From: Barthelona sp. PCE | Taxonomy: Eukaryota | NCBI GenBank assembly: GCA_040285745.1 | Contig: JAUFOR010000001.1 | Span: 124,001 to 188,000 of the forward strand | Reading direction: 5' to 3' | Length of the DNA: 64,000 bases | Shown: one piece after another, positions 29,401-38,400 of the stretch | How the letters are laid out: every line of letters starts with the position of its first letter | Position numbering within the stretch: the first letter of the stretch is position 1 | Program-made: the position numbers and the translations under genes | Notes under the pieces: model-generated | Told to the model about the DNA's origin: nothing | The model's database searches: none | Seen by the model: only the letters and a program-made list of their open reading frames with translations

Positions 29401-32400
29401 GATCAATCCACCTATTGCTTGCAGTTCTTCGGCGATGATGGAATTGATTTACACATATGGTGCATGGTCAACAGTGCGGTATGTACCCATGGACTCTTAC
29501 AGCGTGGACTTGGCTTCATTGGTTGTTCCTGTGGCGATGGGCGATGAGCACACATTTCAATTTAGCTCTGGATCTTTGTTATATAGAAATCCCATTATTA
29601 ATATTGATGTTGATATGTTTGGTGTTTCGCACTCAGTCACAAGTGTAGATAGTGACAGCATCACCTTTACAATGAACAGTTACTATAAAGACACGCAGAA
29701 AAGCTTGGAAATCAAGGCTTGTGGTGTCACCATCATTTCTACAATTGTTTCACCCACGGGTCACAGTGTTACAAAACAGAAGATGTGTTATGATGCAGAG
29801 CGTGTAGACGCACAGACCATTATCGTTAAGGGAGATAATCTAGGGGAATCTGGTTCAATTCTTGCTGTAGATTGTGGCGTTCATACATGTGCAGTACAAT
29901 CAAATACTAACAATGAGTGTGAGTTCTTATTAATACTAAATTCAACACCAGTTGTCACGATTGATGTGATGCTTGATCGTTGGGGCGATTTGTCAGATTC
30001 GTTTGAGATGATTGCGTGTCCTATTGTAGACGAAGCAACTACTACTTTTTCAAACGTTACACTAACAGGATCCAATTTTGTTGGAGATTACAGCCTAATT
30101 ATTAGTGGTGATGAATATTCTTGTGAAACCCAATCGTCAACCACGATAATCTGTGACTACGTTCCCACATGTTCAGCAGTGGTGGATGCAGAACTCATAT
30201 CCACTCTTGGATTTACATCTGTGGTTGATGTGATAATAGATCCACCGCTTAATATTTTAGGAGGAAGTATGACGGAAGAAATACGCATTAAAGTTTTGGG
30301 TTACAACGCTTCAAAGGGTTGTTCATTTGATATTTTTATTAATGGTATGCAGCAGGAAGCAGGATTGGTACTTGATACGAATGGCTATGTGACGTACAGT
30401 AGCAGTTTACCTTGTGCCAATGCTATCAATGTCAATCTGGTGAGTGGTGCGACAACATCGAATGTAGTCCAGTTTGTGTTCGAGTTCGAGGTTACATCCG
30501 TACCCACTCTGTCATCCTCAGGAGGTGTTCTTGTTATCAACGGTGTTTTTCCAACATACGCAAGCAATCCAGAGGTTCATTGGAATGGTGTTTTGCATTC
30601 AGCAACGTTTTCGGCTGGCAATAGTGACATTCTAATAACTATTCCAGCTGGTTCAGGTGTTTATGCAGTTGAAATAAGAGTATGTGGTGCGTCAGTGTAC
30701 GATGAAATTAAGTATGAGGAGCCAACTTTGACTCCTAGTGAATGCCTTAAATCTGAGATGCATAATGATTACCGGATACCATCAACGGGGTTTGGGTTAA
30801 ACGGTACTAGGGTTTCTGTCCGAGTGCTTGACGAGTACCGCACAGTGGGTGTCAGAAATGTGGGTGAGAGTTCTATTGCGTTGGATTTTGGCCAGTTATC
30901 AACGCCAACAATATCAAACATTACTCTTTTTGTCAGTGTACCAGGTTACGAAATTTCTGCAAAGATCAACATATGCCCCCGTGTTTCTTCAGTTTTGTAT
31001 ATTGGGAGTAACACCTTCACGTTTGAGGGTGAGTATTTCGAGATTGATTATGCTGAGCCAATTGTTAAGTATGAAAGTTCTGCACGCAGCGGTACATGTG
31101 ACGCTGCATCATGTCTGAGTGATGGTAGCTGCTCGGTTAACTGCACAATTGCACCTTTATGTAGCCAATCACCCGCTTTAATACAGTTTACATATGATAG
31201 CAACGCAGTGGCTTTGCCGTACGAGTATAACTTTACTATGAAGCACGAAGTTCCCTCTATAGCTGTGGATATCACCATTGTGGTTCCTACAGAGTTATCA
31301 AGCTGTGTTTTAGAATTGACACATTCTAGCTTGGTTGTGCTCTGTACTACATCGGGAACTCCCGGCGAGATGATGTGTCCACTATTGCAAATGAATTGTG
31401 CTGACAGTCTGGAGTTCGCTCTTACAGTGACAACTAATGCAGGTATTACGTTCAACCCTCTGACTGTATCAAGATCAGTTCCGACCGTTGTTTCAATTCA
31501 GGAATTCATCTACGGTTCATCAAGTCAATTAATTTTAACCGTGAGACATTCTGTCTCAGACACATTATCGTATTCGTACGACAGTTCAGATTGGAGTATG
31601 GCTGCAATATCAAGCTCTGACAGTATTACTTTGGAAGCAGATATCGATCATCCTTTGAGTTCAGGTTCAGGTATTTTAATATACCTTAAATACTGTAACG
31701 CAGAATTCCAAGTTACCAACAGCTTTAGCAAGCCAATATTGGATTCCACAACAATGTGCATTGATGACGATCCCACAGTAGTATCACTGAGCGGGAGTAA
31801 TTTTCCAATAGAATCAGAGTTGCACAACTTCCAGATAATTTCCGATCGTTTTGTCTCGATAGACTCAGTGAGTGAAAATCAGAAACTTCTGTATTTGAGT
31901 TTTGGAAGATATGATCCATTGATCTTCACACTCATGTTGAAGCATAGAAACGATGATGATTTTAAGACAGATGTTCTTTCTCTTTATAACTGTCCAGACT
32001 ATGTTAATTATAGATTTAATGCAGATTTTACAATAGTTACAGTCACTTTAAAAGATATCAACGCTTCGCATGTTTACGAATTGCAATGTGTTGGATATCA
32101 GTCTGAAGAGCAGTTGTCCGGCGGCTCTTATCTCTACAATGGACAATACGAAATCGCTTTTAACACACCTGAGATTTGTGATCCCACATCATGCACCGTT
32201 GTTGGTAATGGGAGTCGTGCTACAGATGCTTTTGTATTAAATTTAACACCAAAAATTAAAGTAATTGATTCCAAATTGCCAATCCAATCAAATAGCTTCA
32301 TTGTTCAAATATATCCGCTTTATTGTATGAGGTTGTCAGCAAAAGTCAACGGAGAAGAAATTTCTCCAGCTTCAACCAAGCCTAATCATGTTTTCAGTAC

Positions 32401-35400
32401 AGCTGACTTGCCTTGTTCTGCAGATTTTGAGTTTGAGTTTTTCTTGGGCTCTTTTGCGAAAATCACAAAAACTATTGGGCGATCGTTATCGGTGTCATCC
32501 AAAACTTTAGATACAAGCGGTGGGAGTGTACTGATAGCAATATCAGCTAATTGGAATTCGTATACTATGGAACTGGCAACCGCAACATTTAGGGGTGAAG
32601 CTGTTACTGTAATTGGAACCACCAATAATGCAATTTCTATTTCAGATTTGCCAGCTGGTGTTGGTGTGGATCATTTACTTGTTGTGAATCTTTGTGGTAT
32701 GACTGCTAGTCAGAACTTTAGTTATGCTCCACCAATACTGGACTCAGCACTGAATTGTGTTCTTTCTGATCCTGGTGTAATGCAAATTACTGGCAACTTC
32801 TTTGGGCCAGGAGGATTGGTGGATATAAACCTACCATTTTACCGTAATGTTTCGGGAAACGTTGTTGATCAAGATTATATTGAGTTGACCTTTTTCGACA
32901 GTGTTCCTTCCTTAACCAACACCACATTTTATTTGACCGTAACAATTGGTGGGCAAGAATCGGCGAGAGTAACAGTGAGGCACTGCCCTCGATACAGTAA
33001 TTTTTCAACATCAGTGTCCAATTTCATTACATCTTTGCACGGTGAATTCTTTTTGTTGACCGATAAGTTTGTGCTCACATGTCCTGTCGTTGGTATTATT
33101 GGCTGCACAGTTGCAACTTCGGATCTCATAATAGTTGACCAATTTGACTATACTGAGAGCATTTCATGTAATCTGACCCTATCATATAATTTCCAAAAAT
33201 TCGATATTGAAGTAGTGCTTGATCAAAAGCCAATAATTAGTGCTTATCCTTCATTTTTCCCCGAAAATAATGGAGATATCTTATTTACTATCAACAAAGC
33301 TGTTGTGGAGCCGGAACATACTTTAATTGTAGATGGAATTTCTTATACAATTACAAAAGAGCTCGATATTGATGTTTATTCGCTTAACGTCTCAGAATTG
33401 TTATGCTTTGGTGATTTGGATGGTCTTGTAACTGTTCAAGTGAAGACCAACTCATTCTATTCAGAAGAAATCAAGATACCTCGCTTTGATATGCAGTTTT
33501 ATCCAATCAATCAGACAGTTATGACTGAAGGAGAAGATATTTTCGTTAAAGGAGTATTTTTTTCTACTGGAGATGGGCCAATAACAGCAACCGTTAATGC
33601 ATCGATTGTGAATGTGGTGCACTACAGTTACGACTCTGTTCAGGTATCTGTGCCACCAGGTAGTGGCACAGGCATCATTAGTCTTACGCACTGTAACATG
33701 ACTTTATCGCAAACCTTCAGGTATACCAGACCAACATTGAGACAAATTCAAAATTGTGCTAGTGAAAATGCAACGATTTTTATGCTCCAAGGATCAAATT
33801 TTGGAACCTCAACCTCAAACATATCATTTGAAAGTTCTAGGGGAGTCTCGTTGCTTAATCACACACACACAAACATGACGGTTATGTTTGATCAATTCAT
33901 TGGCAACCATTTCTACGTAACAGTCACTGTTGATGGCCAGTCATCTGATTTAACGAACATTTTTAATTGTCCTGTTGTCGAATACGTGCATCCTATCAAT
34001 AACAATACTGAGCTGACAGTTTCCGGCCGCTACTTTCGTGAATCAATGAAATTTTCGGTCAATGAAGACACTGTGAGCTGGGTTTCTGCTTTTACTGTGA
34101 ACTGTTACGGTCGCAACGCTTATGTTAATGGTACAGAAACTATGAATTGTGGTCCTGTTGATGTGTTACATCATTGTGGCTCAATTCCAGGGTTCAACCT
34201 TACTGATGCGTTCGGTATTGTAGTACTCAATGAAGTCATATTCCTGCCACCCATTATTTTCGTTCCGCCACCGCATATTCCAACATTTAGCGGTAGTGCT
34301 AAGATGACAGTTGTGGGGGCGAATAAGCTATGCAGACCCAAATTAGAGTATGAAGGCGTGCAGTATTCAGTATCAATAATAAGTGAAAACACATGGGAGT
34401 TCGTAACAGGAATGATCCAATGTCAGCCAACAAACGCAATCGCTGTGTCTTTGTTGAAGGGTCTGTACGTGTCAAGTGCTGAAGTAATTGTTCCACGGGC
34501 TGATATGATGGTGTTTTCGCAGTCTTCAGTGACAACAGAGGGTGGTCTCGTTCAGATCGATGGTATGTATCCAATTTCAGCAATAGAGCACACAACTAAC
34601 AAGAGTTTGGATATGTTTGGGATAGAGTTTAGTATCAATTTCATCAGTCGCACGTCGCTCACGGTTAATATGCTTCCAGGTACTGGAATTAATGCATACG
34701 CATTGACTATATGTGGACATCGTACTGAGCTCGAAGGATTTAAGTTCGCTGCGCCTGTGATTACAACAATTGACTGCTTTGGCTCCAATCAGGGTGATCT
34801 ATACTATATTCATGGCAGTAATTTTGGTTACAACCGAAGTATTGTACAGCTCGTTACCAGTAGACGATACAATATTCTAAGTGTTAGGCATCACACTATA
34901 AAGTTACAATGGGAACAGAACCACCATGGAGACTTCTTATCTATCACAGTCAAAGTTGACGGTCAGCAGTCTGTGGAGTTTGTCGCAAAGGCATGTATCG
35001 TTGTGAGCGATGAGGAACTCTTCTCAGAGAATACGAAGGTTCAATTTAAGGCCGCTCATGTTTTCCAACCTATTCATACTCTTAATTGTTCCAACAGCAC
35101 ACACGAAGGTATTGAAACAAGTTGTGCTGCTTTTGTCAGTATGTTAGGCACGAACTTTACTTCATGTTTTATCCCTCAGTCATGTGATATGCTCACATGT
35201 CAGCTAACAGCACCTCAGCAGGTGAGTAATGTTTTTACATTGAAACCAACTCCAATAATCATTAGCGTTCCTGTTTCACTGCCAAAGTTAGGGATGTTAC
35301 CGTATGCTGATGCGATAATAATGAATGGTGTTTTTGACTGGTGTAATGTGGAGTACGTCTTCGTGAACGGAGATCCACACACTGCAAAGGCGCTGACTCG

Positions 35401-38400
35401 CCCGCTCTTTGACACGTTTGTGTTCTCAGATAAGACATATCCATGCGAGCTGACTATTGAAGTAACTGTCACTGGTATGTCTGAGAATATTAGTTTCTCA
35501 GTACCGCACACGACAATGGAGTGGCATAGTATGGGCTCAGTACCAAGCACAGGTGGTTTCGTCAATTTGGTTGGGCAGTGGCCCATCCAGTTGGTGTACC
35601 CGATTATTGTGAGGACAAACCACACTAAGGAGCTCGTCAAGTGGAGCAGCGTAAGTGATATAACGAATATTGTGATGGAAGTTGACCCATTGGTGGGTTT
35701 CTTCAGAACAGAAATTGAATACTGCAAACAAATAGTGTCGTTGGTGTGGAATTACGAACTTCCTGTTCTTGATAGATCCAAGATAGGTTGTTATACCTCA
35801 GAGCCAAGTAGAATGGTGTTTTCAGGAGTCAATTTCGGACCCTCGACCATGCTGGTGTACATGTATGCAACTTCATTTGGGTGGAAGAACTCAGCCGCCA
35901 ACACGCACACAACGGTATCCTTCGACTTCCCGGTTGCTACGCAGGTTTCTGAAACAGTTACTCTTTATTTCGGGGAGTATGAAAACGTTGTTGTTGGAGG
36001 GATATCCTTGCGACTTTGTATGCCATTGATACTGGGTGTGAAGCCTGTTAACCCGCCGATAAACTCCGTCTTTTCATTAATAGGAGTCAATTTTGGTCAT
36101 GTTGCATCAAATCTTATTGTTAAATTTGGTACAGCACATCTTCCAGTAATCAGTAATGGGCATAACAATGCACAAATCCTTATGGGTTCGTCGGTGATCG
36201 CCGAGAACTTATGCGTTTCTCATATGGGACTTCCGTCCAACTGTATGATCGTAGAGCCCAGTTCCGTAGGTGGCCCCATCCCACAGTATATATTCAAAGA
36301 CACTACCGCAACACTCGCATTCACCGTCCCGGCTATGGGCGATGAAGTAGTTATTGATATTCACGGTACAAAGTTTCAATGTATTTCAGACACCAAGGAC
36401 ATTACATGTATTGTTAACGGACTCGCTGTTGGCGAATACGAGGTGTGTATTGGGGTGGGTGGTGTCGAGTACATGACCTCGACTATGTTATCAGTGGTTT
36501 CGCTCAGTAATACTAGGTACACCTTCCTTGACATTCTCACGCCCATTCTTTTCACGGTTGTTCCCCAACCAGAGTATCCACCGGTTGTAATGCTCAACAC
36601 TAGGGTTGTTGAGGTTGAGTTCTGGAGTGATTCCGATGAGTGGAAGTTTGATGTGCGGTGCAGTGAACAAGACATGGCAGAGTTTTGTTATGGAGATTCA
36701 TGTGTGTCTGTCACAATCGCATGCTTGGATACACCTACCATAACACCTACCGCTGTAATTGCAAATGTCAAGGGGAGTCAACACGTGACAGTAACATTTG
36801 ATGAGTCACCGGATGTGCAGTACACAATCGACTGCGAATTCACACAATCCCTTCCTTCAACGTTAGTTGCTCAGTTTGTGGTTGAAGAGGATGTCGCTCC
36901 CAGCACATGTTCCATTTACTATTATCGAGACAGCCCTCTACCTTTGGAATTCAGCGTTGTGTCCTTGATAGTTAGTCCAGCCGAAGCACGCAGCGATATT
37001 CCAATTGATGTTTGTGTTTTGTTCTCCACGACCATCACCGTCGTGTATCAGGGAACAGGATTGTATGAGAAGATAACGCATGGGCCATCCAACGAGTGTA
37101 CCACTATCACATTCCCAATTATAGGAGAGTACTTTGTGTTTGTCGAAAGTGTTGAAGAAATCTCAACAGGCTTTATTTGTGTTGCGTCAATTGATGCTAG
37201 GCCGCCCGTCCAACTCAAGATGGACTCTCGCTTCTTCGTGTACGGAATGACTATTAATTTCGAGGCTTATGTCGTTGGAGACTTTGCCGAGCCCATCACG
37301 CTTTTAACTAACAACGGGGCAACTGTTCCGTTCACAGAGGAAGAAGAATATATTCTGGAGCCTTACACGTATGAACCGTACCTGTATGTTTACGGGCAGA
37401 TTTCTGACAACGAGATATCCTTGCCTATGTATGTTTCTCTGATTAGCTTGGACTGGTTTGGGAGCTTCAACGCGACACCCGACTTCATCTTAGCGGAGTC
37501 ATCTGAGGAAATCACTGTTGCGTGTCACGAATGCTCAATGAACCCTGGCCAGCATAATATCCGGGTCATGTATTGTGGCGAAACATTAATTACATCACAG
37601 TTATTCGATATCCGCTCTTTTACAGTTGTCGTCGATGCCAAGTCGGAATGCTTCGCAGATGTTATGCGTGTTCAGCTGTTTACCATGGCTGGTTGGATCA
37701 ACATCACTAATGTTGATTTCAGAATGGTCCGTCTAACGTCCCCGTTGTGCGACGATACCACGGAAATCCCAGCAAGCATCATCCCGCCAGACGTTCCTGG
37801 TTTCGTCAAGAACCTGGGTGATATCCTTGATTTGCCAAAGGGAGAACGTTGCGCCTTAAAAAGTGAGTATTCGTTGCTTGAGGCTGCTGGAACTCCCGTA
37901 ATTGCACTGTTCTTTGTTGCAGCATACGATGATAGCTGTCTTGACTGTATTCCAGATCTCACATTTGAGGGTATCTCCATGGAGCGATCGACATGTGTTC
38001 AGATTCCCGGGTATCTTTCTTCAAAGGAACACGCTCTATGCGCATTTGGTCTCAGCTCCCCCAGAATAATTAATCATGTAAGAGTTGAAAGCGAATTACC
38101 GTTCTCAAACTTGGAGATTTGGGGACTTGAACAGTATGATGTTGTTTATTTGAGAGCAAAGAACATACCTGAATGCCGAGCTGTAGAGTTGTGCTCGTTT
38201 GTTATTGAGTTAGAGTGCCAAAATTACTTCTTCACCGTTGTTCCATGTGGTGATATCGTGGGATTGAGCATGATCAATGAAGAGTTCAGTTACATATCAG
38301 CAGAGACAATCATGTTCAGCGTGAACCGCTCTTTCACAGAGATGGGACTCATAAAGGTGAGCGTTTCTCATGCATTATTTGTGATCACTGATGAAATCTA

